A stretch of DNA of 14,229 nucleotides from Azolla caroliniana (GCA_043228905.1 JBHGNT010000886.1:1-14229), one strand, 5' to 3'; shown: positions 1-9,701, counted from the stretch's first letter. The notes: generated by a model not told the origin, from the sequence alone. Numbers and translations are program-made.

Positions 1-452
1 AGGTGCTGTGAGTATAGGCCATGCCACCTTGGCGCGAGTTACATGATCTTCCTTAACAGACCAAATTAGTTGCATACCAGTCGTTGAATTTGATGTATAC
101 TGTCCTTGGAGATTGTCCAACATGATAGACTATACCATGTTGTTGCGAGTAGTACCTGGTTTGCCACTATGATGTGACCCACTAACGACAGTTTTTTCAA
201 ACTCCAATGTATCAACTTTTGTCGAATGGAATGGATAATGGGTGCAATCATAGTCTCCGGCGGTATGTTGAAACCAATTTGGAAACCCAAATATTTGGTG
301 CTCGCTCCTAGATTGATCCATTTGAAAGCAGGATGTGGGTGCCATGCAGGATGTGCTTCATGAGAAAGCCATATTGCACAGGATTTGTGCCAATTGATCA
401 TGGCATTGGATCTCTTGCAAAATATGGCTAACCCACTTTCGAGCTTTTGCAT
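1..452 (-). mobile_element. Degenerate L1/Tx1-type LINE ORF2 fragment (end of RT and downstream region), running off the left edge
   Basis: ORF 66..452 reads ...INWHKS...KYLGFQIG...IRQKLIHW...LSLVGHIIVANQVLLATTWY. After a frameshift near 66 another frame continues IWSVKEDHVTRAKVAWPILTAP. The KYLG, W...LS.xG...N.VL and (F)xW...AKVAW motifs are typical of L1-clade ORF2. Confidence 0.8.
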
Positions 453-1447
453 AATAAAAAACTACTAAGAGAAACCCTCTACCTACTAAACTAAATATTG
501 AACGCATAATCTAAGCCTCTAACACCACAATTTGAGTCCACAACCCATCCTCTCTAGTTCTAGTACCTGGTGGTTCTGCTTATGTTTCACACGCATGCGC
601 GTAACTTTGCGACAACATTTCTTTCTCAATGACAATGTCATTCTCAATTACAACACTTATCACTGAAACTCTTAAACATCAAGATTCACACCTCAATTTC
701 ACACATGCGACGTATAAAAATGATTCATCTTTAGTTCCCATTGGCTATATTTCACCGTTCGAAGATTATATCAAAAACATTTGTGTGAAAGACAATTATA
801 TTACTAAATGTTTGTGAAAAACACTAGATCGGTGCAATAATTGAGTGGTGAGATTGAATCACTAATAGGCAAGATAAATATTTTGTCATGAAAATAATAT
901 TTGACTTCATCAAATTAACAAAATTGTCAAATCTATACTCCCTACATCTTTCGTAGGTATGTTATAAGTCACTAATATCCGAGTTATGATGCAATCACTA
1001 ATATCTTAAAAAGAGGAAAGGACCTCCATGTATGATCTCGAGTCAAACTATGTAAATTGTGCAAACACCCACAATCTTGGAATAGAATAATAACCAAGAG
1101 CTCTTGGGGTAATTCTCCTTCCTATAACTAGCACAATCATTTTTGGTTCATATGGTTAAGAACCGGCGTCAAACATTTTTTACAATCTAGTGTTGATTTT
1201 ATCATTGAGCCGGAAGAGACAACTATATGGTAGATCCATGGAAATTTGCTTCCCACATCGTTTAAGTCTAAAAATATTTTTTCATCATTCCATAACCCCC
1301 CTTATTTTGCAAGTAAACTAAAATTGAATAAAACCAATGGACTATTGTTTGGAGAAATAAATGTATAGATAACATGCTCCTAGTTGTGAATGCAGAAGCT
1401 ACTCTTGTTGTTGCACTGTTCAAACGACAATGTGGTTGCAAATCAAA

Positions 1448-2291
1448 TCATGTAAAGCAAGGCTCCAAGAGGATTGGAAGCCCCTTGACAATGAAGAGCA
1501 TAGGACATTAATATGAGTTCATTGCAGGTCATGGTGGCTACAGAACTGCTAGTATCATATGGCCTGCAAAGAGCAACGCTACGATGTTGTCCTTCACCTG
1601 CTTATCGGAGAAAGGTTGTCCATGTTGCTCGTCCGTGTATGCCAGAAAGCTAGAATGTCTAGTGACCAAGGCAACACCCATATTCCTCCTTCTCTCCTTG
1701 ATCCATACTTGCAATTGCTTTCTTATCACATCCGAAGCTGCGAGGGCTTTGCTATATATATTGTTCCTAGGATGTTGATTGGCAGTTGAAAGAGGCAATG
1801 TACCACATCTTGATCTTCTCTGTCCCCTATACCAATGAAAACCTCCCAAGCTATGGAGAACATGAGCTTCTTCATGAAGGGGAAGAGAGCAACCTTAGAT
1901 TGGCCTTCAAGCTGATCTCTTATGAATGCGAGCGCAATGAGATCGACACGGCTCATGTATCTTTGCAAGGATTCAGGCCGCAAGAACAGCATAAGTGCAT
2001 TCCGTATGGTATGCGAGTGGCACCATGTTCTACACACGCCATGGGGGATTCATTGCCGAGAACAGATGCAACACTAATGGACCATGATGTATAGTTGTTA
2101 GAGAAGGTTGCCTTGTTACCCAACGGGCTAGCAAGGACTATTATCGAAGAAGCCTTTAAGCTCGTCTTGAAGGTCTCTCCATAGGCTGAGATGCAGTCAT
2201 CGAAGAATTTCCACAAATTCCCTTTGCTTAGAGCTCCTAGACACTCTTGGGTTTCACCGACAAAGGGAAGGCCGAAACGGCCCGGGGGTAA
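1448..2291 (-). pseudogene. CYP716-like P450 pseudogene, copy A, 3' portion
   Basis: Collinear with the intact gene: [14 protein letters not shown]...FKTSL...LRPESLQRY...LFAGH...KGLPILLEP, with TGA at 1450..1448. Lesions: 5-bp GTATG duplication (2004-2013), 24-nt deletion near 1797, +2 TA slippage near 1755, +2 frameshift at AGH-DT near 1557, and a ~678-nt deletion at 1522-1524 that removes both introns, ExxR, PERF and the heme Cys. Confidence 0.95.
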
Positions 2292-2605
2292 TGTTATGAT
2301 TTCAACTCAAACGGATTCAGTTACAAAAACTTAGACACAAACAAAAAGAAAAGAAGTAACACATAATTTACGTGGAAAACCTTGGTTTCAGGGGAAAACC
2401 ACGGGAACAGAAATTTCCACTATGAGATAAGACGAAATACAATCATATAGTGATAGAACCTGATTTGGTATGGTTGTACTCTAAAACCACAATTTAAGCC
2501 AAGTGCACCAAACCCTCACTCGTAGGTATCTATCTCTTTCGAAGCCTACACGGCTTCTTGGTATGTCTTTTCTTTTCTTTCTGTTACACTCTTCTTCCTT
2601 TGTTT

Positions 2606-2732
2606 CACACACACACACACAAGATCCTTTTTCAAAACATAGACCTTCCTTAATTACAAATTCATTCATTCATTCATTCATTCTCTCTTCTCTTCTCTCT
2701 CTCTCTCTCTCTCTAGCACAACTTCTTCTTAC

Positions 2733-2778
<46 letters not shown>
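2606..2778. repeat. Compound microsatellite cluster: (CA)n, (TTCA)n and two (CT)n tracts
   Basis: (CA)8 at ~2606-2621, (TTCA)5 at 2661-2680, CT-rich tract at ~2683-2714 and (CT)~21 at ~2736-2778. Confidence 0.95.
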
Positions 2779-2784
<6 letters not shown>

Positions 2785-2804
2785 CAACGGTCGTGCCTCT
2801 CTCT

Positions 2805-3466
2805 ACAAAGGTCGTGCGCCACGCTGTCGTCGCTGCCGTCTACGACGTCTGTCGCCGCCTGCTACCGAGCTGCACTCCCCCCCCCATCGTGCTACTGTCG
2901 TCTGTTGCCGCACTGCCGTCTGCTAACGTCCGTCGCCGTCTGCTGCCGTCGGCATGCTGGACGACCTGCTGCAGTTCGTCATCATCCGTTGTAGTCACTA
3001 TTGCCGTTGTCATGCTCTTCTCCTCCTTGTTTCTTGAGGTTGCCGAGTGTCGCGTTTCTTCTCTTGGCGGTTCATCCTTGTTCTTTTAGCGTGCTCGTCG
3101 TGTGCAAAATGCCGATGTGACTACGACATAACACAAAGGTCGTGCGCCACGCTGTCATCGCTGCCGTCTACGACGTCTATCGCCGCCTGCTACCGAGCTG
3201 CACTCCCCCCCCCCATCGTGCTACTGTCGTCTGTTGCCGCACTGCCGTCTGCTAACGTCCGTCGCCGTCTGCTGCCGTCGGCATGCTGGACGACTTGCTG
3301 CAGTTCGTCATCATCCGTTGTAGTCACCATTGCCGTTGTCATGCTCTTCTCCTCCTTGTTTCTTGAGGTTGCCGAGTGTCGCGTTTCTTCTCTTGGCGGC
3401 GCATCCTTGTTCTTTTAGCGTGCTCGTCGTGTGCAAAATGCCGATGTGACTACGACATAACACAAA
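2805..3466 (+). repeat. Tandem duplication of a 328/329-bp CpG-rich unit in the LINE 5' UTR
   Basis: Unit 1 is 2805-3132 and unit 2 is 3133-3461, both beginning ACAAAGGTCGTGCGCCACGCTG. By eye they differ by about 6 substitutions and one C in the poly-C run (C9 vs C10). Confidence 0.95.
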
Positions 3467-3528
3467 CTCAGCTAAGTCTCGAACCCATTTATTTTATCCT
3501 TTTTTTTTCTTTTCTTATTGACACTACA

Positions 3529-4353
3529 ATGTCTAAACGAAAGGAACACAAGGATACACAAGATGAGGCTATAAGTAAGGAGGACTTTTTGGATATGTTT
3601 AACCGTTTAACAAAAATAGAGACAGATATGAAAAAATGGGTGAAAGACGCCGAAACCCACAAGAAAAAAGATAGAGAGGAAAGACACCCTCAAGGCTGAA
3701 ATAGAAAAACTTAAAGAGGAAAACACAAACCTCAAACAACAACTTAATGACATCAAGGTATCCCGAGAGGACGGTGAAATATCCTCCATAGAGGATATAA
3801 AAGTTGAGATCAAAAAAGTTAAAGAGGAGGTTAAAAATAACATAGAGTTAGCAAAAACGGGTTGGGTAGATGTGGTTAAAAGAAACATTAAAAAAGAAAT
3901 AAAGGATGAAAATATTGTTAATACCACCCTCGAAGAGGAGAAAATGCGTCAGGCCCGACGCCTAAATGTGCGTGTCACTGGGCTCAAGGAAGGTGCATCC
4001 CCGGACGAGGATGCACAAACACTCGGGAAAATGTTAGGGTACACAACGACCCTACCTATCACCAAAGCTTGGAGGGCCGGACGCGACACAACTAGGAAGA
4101 GAGCCTTAGTTCTTCAATTTAAAGACCAATTCTTTAGAAGAGACCAATTCTTTAAAGAATCACTTTCCTTAAGAAGAGACCAATTCTTCGAGGATTGCGT
4201 GGGGACCCTATCTATCTCGATGAAGACCTCACCAAGATGCAAATTGAGCATGGCAAGAGTTGTATGCCAAAGGTTATGCAAGCTCGCAAAGACGGGCATC
4301 GCGCCTTTTATCAAGATGGGCGAGTGATCATAAATGATCGCACTACTAATTAA
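3529..4353 (+). pseudogene. LINE ORF1 (coiled coil plus L1-ORF1p-like RRM/CTD), disrupted by two frameshifts
   Basis: ATG at 3529 (MSKRKEHK...). A shift near the A-run at 3664-3669 leads into a K/E-rich coiled coil and RQARRLNVRVTGLKE. A second shift at ~4125-4165 leads into FLKKRPILRGLRGDPIYLDEDLT...AFYQDGRVIIND, ending TAA at 4351-4353. The RxxN(I/V)xxxG(L/I)xE and IY(L/I)xEDLT motifs are typical of this ORF1 type. Confidence 0.8.
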
Positions 4354-4359
4354 CGGCGT

Positions 4360-7300
4360 GTGGCCCATGTGACAGAAAACACACTTAGGATGACCTTATG
4401 GAATTGTAACGGCGCACTCTGGACACACCCCGGCCGCCTAGAGGGGATATTAAAGGAATCAGATATAGTTTGCCTAGTAGAAACACACCAAAGCCCAAAT
4501 AGGGGACTCCCACGAGTCGAAGGATTTCGTTGGGAGTCGGCTTTTAGACAAACCTCACGTCGATGCACTACCAGGGGATCTAGAGGTGTCGCAATATTGT
4601 TTCAGAGGGAGCTACATAATAGGATAGAAATACTGAGCATAGACCCAGAAGCTCGTTTTATGTGGGTGAAAATCTCCACAAGCAAGGACAAGGCAGTAAT
4701 TTTTGCCATTTGTTACTCCCCCCCGAAAGGCTCTCGTTATAATCTGGCTGGCGAGGCGAGATTAGTTGATGACGGAGTGCCACATGGGCCTTCCCCATAT
4801 GAACCTCTATCGGATGACATAATCCGATATTCTTCCCAAGGCGAAGTATTCCTTGTAGGAGACTTTAATGCGAGAACCCAATCCCGACAATGCACAATAT
4901 TTCAAATGAATAGAAACCTAGAAATGGTAAATGTTGATCCTTCAGACATAGACACCACATGTAGATCAAAGGATCAAGGTGCAGACGCCACGAGCTTTGG
5001 CCATCATTTGCTCGAACTCGGTAGTCGGCACCAGATGGTCATATATAATGGTTTAGCCAAGTGGCCAAGTTCGGAAGAGCTCACATGTTTCCCACATGGA
5101 GGAGGGGAAAGCACAGTCGATTATCTAATAGGACGCCCTGAAGCTACCCACATGATTAACTCCTTCCGAGTGGCCCCATGTCCTATTGGCGTGGACCATA
5201 GTTTCTTATACTTCGAGATAAAATGCAATATCTCTAACGTCACCAACTCTAGTCAACCACGCCATGACATCACAATACATTTCACACATGAGCTCTCTGA
5301 CATATATGCTCGACATGTTCAAGCCCATCTCTCCTCCCTTGATCCCTCCCTACCTTTAGAGAGCCTTAGTACGAAACTCACACACATCCTTCATTCTGCA
5401 GCAGTTAGCAGTTTCCCATACACGAAACACTCCAATCAAGGTAAAGTAGGATCTATGCCACAAAATAGATGGTATGATGAGGATTGTAGGTGCTTACATC
5501 GACAACTTACAATATCGCAACTCAGTGGTAGTATTACCTCAGTACAAACTCGTAAAGAAATGCGCAAGATGACACGTCGTAAGAGACGAGCATGGGAGGC
5601 ATCCCAATATTGGGAACTCTACCACATGCTCATGAATAGCGATTGTGCCACTGCATGGAAGAGATTACGGGAACCAAGACCACAAACACCCATCGAAGAT
5701 CCCGAAACTTGGCACACTTATACAGAGAGACTTTACCACATCCCAAACCAACCACCCATTCCAATGCCTTCTACACCCCGACCTACTGTGGGGACACTCT
5801 TCACGACCCCTAGGGTCACGAAGGTCATAAAGAAATTACAACATAGGAAGTCCATGGACCACACAGGATTGCGAGCAGAACACATCATATACGCGAGAGA
5901 GTGCCTAGCTCCCTTGCTAACTCTAATCTTCAATCGTGCCCTCGTAGAGGATTTTCCATCACAATGGACCATGAACACAGTGGCCCCCATACATAAAGGG
6001 GGGGACCCCATGGACCCAAATACTTATAGGACCATTATGATAGGTCATGCCCTTGCTAAATTATATGGTGCAGTAATGGAGGCAAAGCTTAGCGAGTATA
6101 TGGAGACCTTAAATCTTCGTGCACCTGAACAGGCCGGCTTTAGACGAGCCTTCTCCACTATTGACCATATCTTCACACTTAGATGCTTAATTGACAAGAC
6201 TAAGGCTTGCAAGAAGAAACTATATTGTTGTTTTGTGGACTTCCGCAAAGCCTTTGACACGGTCCCTAGAGAGCGGTTGTTTGATAGGCTTAAGAGCTTG
6301 AGGATACCAGATGACATGGTTTGGGCCATCTACGCACTATATGAACAAGTGTCCGGGTGTGTTCGATGCCCAGGCGGCATATCCGATAGTTTCACTAGCA
6401 CTATTGGTGTAAAACAAGGTTGCCCCTTATCTCTGACTCTTTTTGGGATCTACATTGATGAGATCACAGATTTTATTGCTCGTAAGGGAGGCAATGGAGT
6501 AGTCCTTGGGGATACGCAGGTGCGTATCTTGCTCTATGCAGACGACATAGTTTTGCTCTCTGAATCCGAACACGACCTACAAAGGCACCTTAATGCATTA
6601 GATGACTTTTGCACACAACGAGGATTGGTAGTGAATCTAGGGAAAACTAAAGTCCTTATCTTCCACACGTCGGCCCAAGTTAGAGTTAAGTGTCACCTAA
6701 CTATCTCCCATAGCCCAGTTGAGGTGGTTGGATCATATGTCTATCTTGGAGTCACTTTCAGTGCCCGCTCAGGTAAATTTTTAATGACACAAGCAGCGAA
6801 GGATAGACTTACAAGAGGACATGCATCCCTCTCACTCCTCGAGAGACAATGCCACCAAGCATACTTCCAAGAGCCACGAACTAAAGGGTGGCTCTTTGAC
6901 TCATTAGTGACTCCCTCTCTCATGTATGCATCAATGGTTTGGGTCCCAGGACTACCATCTTTCATGTGGACGCAATTAGAGAGACCATTGGTGATGATGT
7001 TATCACGCCAACTCCGAAGCAAATCGTCGGTCCCACATGACATTATTAGGGCTAAGTTCACTCTACCCCCTATGTTAGTAGAAGCACTTTTTCAACTGGT
7101 AGTCTTTATACACAGGATACATAACCAACCACTTGATAGAATATCCCACCGGCTATACTAACTCATGGTATGGCATGATGGTGAGTTGGCTTCTTGCCAA
7201 CGGTCTAGACATTACTAACCTCTCCCCCCTTAAGTACAACCACACGACTAATAACACTTTAATCTCTCATGAGGACCATAATAAAGTAATACGCCAGGAA

Positions 7301-8068
7301 ATATGGCAAATTTATACTCGTTATAAATGGATCACCCCACTAGAGCCACTCCCATCTAAAATGTCGTACTATAAGGAACACTTTATGCACTTCTCTGAGT
7401 TAGGTTTTATCACGCGCCCAAAATATCTAGATGTATTCTTACCACATGCACTAAGAGTTGCCATTGGTCAACTTAGAATATCATCTCACCAACTTGAGAT
7501 TGAGAATGGACGTACTAATGGAGTCCCTAGGGAGGAAAGGATATGTAGGTTATGCCACATAGAGATAGAGGATGAGTACCATTTTACATGCAAATGCCCC
7601 ACCTATGCCGAGATAAGGGCAAAATACCAAGACATACTTGGTTCCTCTCCCACCCTCCCTAAACTATTAGATACACTAGATATAAAGAAATTAGGTAGAT
7701 ACATCTTAGAATTGAAACAACACAGAGAGAATAAATTACAAAACGTTGATAATAATGTTGCTAATGTTTACCAACATATAACAAATGAAGTTTTTCAAGA
7801 ACAAGGGGAGACAAGGAATGTCGACAGACCTGCACCACTCGGACTTCTCCTTGATGAAGCAGAAAATCAAAGAAGAACCAAACGCCCTCGGATGCCGGGT
7901 TTCAAAGCAACTCGACGAGATGTAGAAGCAATAAAGAAAATAAGGGAACGTGAACTACACCGCCTAGAAGCCATGGCTAGGGCACTCTATCCATCGGGAC
8001 CATGGGTCACACCCACACCAAAAACTTTTGACCTCCCACTTCTTTTTGAGAGACTTGGGTGGAAATGA
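4360..8068 (+). pseudogene. LINE ORF2: apurinic-like endonuclease, reverse transcriptase and C-terminal Cys/His domain, with one frameshift at ~7150
   Basis: APE motifs: WNCNG, CLVETH, GDFNAR, STVDY, GVDH. RT motifs: NTYRTI, QAGFR, VDFRKAFDTV, GVKQGCPLS, LLYADD, YVYLG. The second frame (7133..8068) has LRISSHQLEIENGR...RICRLC...EDEYHFTCKCPTY. First in-frame ATG is 4390. The ORF stops at 7161 and resumes in another frame, and canonical LSP reads LSL, so this copy is probably dead. Confidence 0.92.
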
Positions 8069-8223
8069 GATTAGGCTTAGTGCAAAGTTTTGTACACTAC
8101 TAGAACTTTCTTAGCTTAAGCTATTTTCTTTTATTTTAGTTTTGATGATTGGATAAACACTCATTTTTGTTGTAACCTATTTGTCTCATGGGCCAAATTT
8201 GGCCTTAGCAGACGTTAATATAT

Positions 8224-8240
8224 CTTTCTTTCTTTCTTTC
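8224..8240 (+). repeat. (CTTT)4 tandem 3' tail of the LINE
   Basis: AATATATCTTTCTTTCTTTCTTTC lies ~155 bp after the ORF2 stop. Short tandem-repeat tails in place of poly(A) are characteristic of RTE-group LINEs. Confidence 0.75.
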
Positions 8241-8335
8241 TCACGCTCAGCTTCTAAGCTATGGCACTCACACAGCCACTACTGTGTTAGCTCTCTATCG
8301 TTCTATGTGTCGCACTACTCTTGCAACACCTTCTC

Positions 8336-8354
8336 TATATATATATATATATAT
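8336..8354. repeat. (TA)9 microsatellite, probable expanded TATA region of the solo LTR
   Basis: TATATATATATATATATAT is directly visible, between the U3-side repeats and the U5 motif of the minus-strand LTR. Confidence 0.85.
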
Positions 8355-8557
8355 CCCTCACGTACTCACTTACTCACTGTTATTCACTTTCACGCTTTAC
8401 TCACTGTATTTACTTTCAGTGAGTTATCCCACATACAAACATAGCCAATTCGACTCTCACTATATATACTAACTCATCTCATTCACAAATGTATGTATAT
8501 GTATATGTTCATTAAAACTTCTATTCGACCGAATCCCATTTTGGTTTTCTTATTGAA

Positions 8558-8725
8558 TTCGGCCAACCGATTCTCGTTTTGGCTTTTCGACCGATTTCAA
8601 CCAGCCGACTCTTGTTTTGGCTTTTTGACCAATTTCAGTCAGCCGACTCTCATTTCAGCTTTTCGGCCGATTTTGGTCAGCTGACTCATTTTCACTTCTC
8701 AGCTAATTTCGACCAGCCGACTCCC
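8558..8725. repeat. Degenerate 38-bp tandem repeat array (~4.5 units) in the U3 side of the solo LTR
   Basis: Units start at 8558, 8596, 8634, 8672 and 8708, consensus roughly TTCRRYCAGCCGACTCTCRTTTTGGCTTTTCGRCCRAT. A further decayed unit starts near 8524. Confidence 0.9.
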
Positions 8726-8753
8726 CCGCAAGGAGGGACAACCTTACATAACA

Positions 8754-8905
8754 GGTAAGGGAAGTTTCTTCTCTTGTTGACTCTTATTCTTCTTGCTTGA
8801 AGGTCTCCATAATTGATGCAACCCTGCCATGAGGAATAGTAGAGACAGAGTAACCCCAACAATGAGCTCTGCAAGGACGGTGGAGGTGAAGCTCCCCATA
8901 GCTAT
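8754..8905 (-). pseudogene. CYP716-like P450 pseudogene, copy A, 5' portion (membrane anchor to proline hinge)
   Basis: ATA GCT ATG GGG AGC... gives [49 protein letters not shown]. The first ATG of the intact copy reads ATA here, and the second ATG is at 8899. The frame breaks exactly at the GGTAA target-site duplication. Confidence 0.93.
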
Positions 8906-8957
8906 GCTTCACCAACGGTAGCGATAGTTCTCATTCTTCTTCTTCCTCTCTCCAATA

Positions 8958-9701
8958 TGTTGTGTTTTCCCTCCTCATGGGAGAGAGAAGTCACAATGAT
9001 ATTTGGGTTTCATTGGTTACCATCCGGTAGGCCACAATGATGCCCTAGTTAAATGGAAGTCTTATCTTGAAAGACCCTTATCCCACTTTAAAAGGAAATC
9101 TTATCTAGAAAGACCCTTATATTTAAGAAGAAGAGGGGAAAAAGTGGCTTTCTAGAGGGAAGAGAGAAGCTCCAAAAGTGAGAAGAAAGAAGAGGTAGAA
9201 GTAAATAAATAAATGCATGTATTGTGACACCTAAATTTGACCTCCTTCGATCGACGGCCATACGAACTCCAATTTCGGTTGAAATTTAGAGGAGTTGCTC
9301 TTACCATCAAGAAACTCATATCTAACGGTTGGATTGCGATTTCCTGTCCTTTAGGTCAAGTTTTATTGATCTATGTCTATTACTCTTCTTGTTGTTTATC
9401 CATCTTGTTGGATGAAGATTGTTGCCAACGTTGTTGCCTTCATGCTTGTGTATTCCTCTAATGATATCTAGGGAGGTTGTACCCACTTGTAAACTTAGTT
9501 ATAGTGGAAGTTCTAGTACCCTAAGGGTCTTGTGCTTTTTTCCTTGATTTGGGGTTTCCACGTAAAGGTCTCGTGTGTTCGGTTGCTTTTATTTATTTCT
9601 TAGTGTGTTGGCTATTACTTCTTGTCAACTTGCCCATTAGATCTTGCCACTGTTTGTGGATGGTGGTTTGTTTGATTGTTTTAGATTCCACACATTTCAC
9701 A
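8958..9701 (+). mobile_element. Older solo-LTR-like element immediately upstream of P450 copy A, antisense to the gene
   Basis: Begins TGTTG (8958) and ends ...TTTCA/CACA (9699-9701). CAATATGT occurs at both boundaries (8953-8960 and 9700-9707), compatible with a 5-bp TSD. It has TATA-like CCCTTATATTTAAG (~9114-9127) followed by a purine-rich stretch, and a copia-U5-like GTGCTTTTT...GGGGTTTCCACGTAAA at ~9532-9566. Confidence 0.65.

Larger units (their letters stand above)
2541..8240 (+). mobile_element. Near full-length non-LTR retrotransposon (LINE), RTE-X-like, nested in the solo LTR
   Basis: 5' UTR with microsatellites and a duplicated CpG-rich unit, ORF1 (3529-4353), APE+RT+Cys/His ORF2 (4360-8068), a short 3' UTR and a (CTTT)4 tail at 8224-8240. 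The 5' boundary is inferred from TCTTTC at 2535-2540 matching the tail end and is less certain than the 3' boundary. Confidence 0.85.
2292..8753 (-). mobile_element. Solo LTR (copia-like, ~760 bp once the nested LINE is removed) inserted in exon 1 of P450 copy A
   Basis: Starts TGTTATG (2292) and ends CATAACA (8753), a perfect 7-bp terminal inverted repeat, flanked by a 5-bp target-site duplication GGTAA (2287-2291 and 8754-8758). Removing it restores ...[11 protein letters not shown]. The minus strand at 2405..2370 reads CCCGTGGTTTTCCC...GGTTTTCCACGT, a motif I recognise from plant copia U5 regions. A (TA)n TATA-like tract lies at 8336-8354. Confidence 0.85.

Noticed and set aside
629-1400. 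ORF 629..817 and the surrounding AT-rich sequence as a gene
   Set aside because: It is short, has no recognisable motif and has intergenic composition.
2561-2735. Intron in the LINE 5' UTR (GTATGT donor, pyrimidine tract, AG)
   Set aside because: The signals are explained by microsatellite composition, and an efficiently spliced intron would not persist in a retrotransposed copy.
2481-3418. ORFs 2481..2669, 2503..2994, 2793..3089 and 3047..3418 as genes
   Set aside because: They are low-complexity translations of microsatellites and the duplicated GC-rich UTR, with no recognisable domain.
8524-8725. 38-bp periodic array as a CRISPR array
   Set aside because: Units are contiguous and degenerate with no unique spacers, there are no cas genes, and the context is eukaryotic.
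2292-8753. A complete LTR retrotransposon encoding the RT at 4360-8068
   Set aside because: The two ends are not direct repeats, there is no protease, integrase, PBS or PPT, and the RT is APE-linked LINE type on the opposite strand to the LTR motifs.
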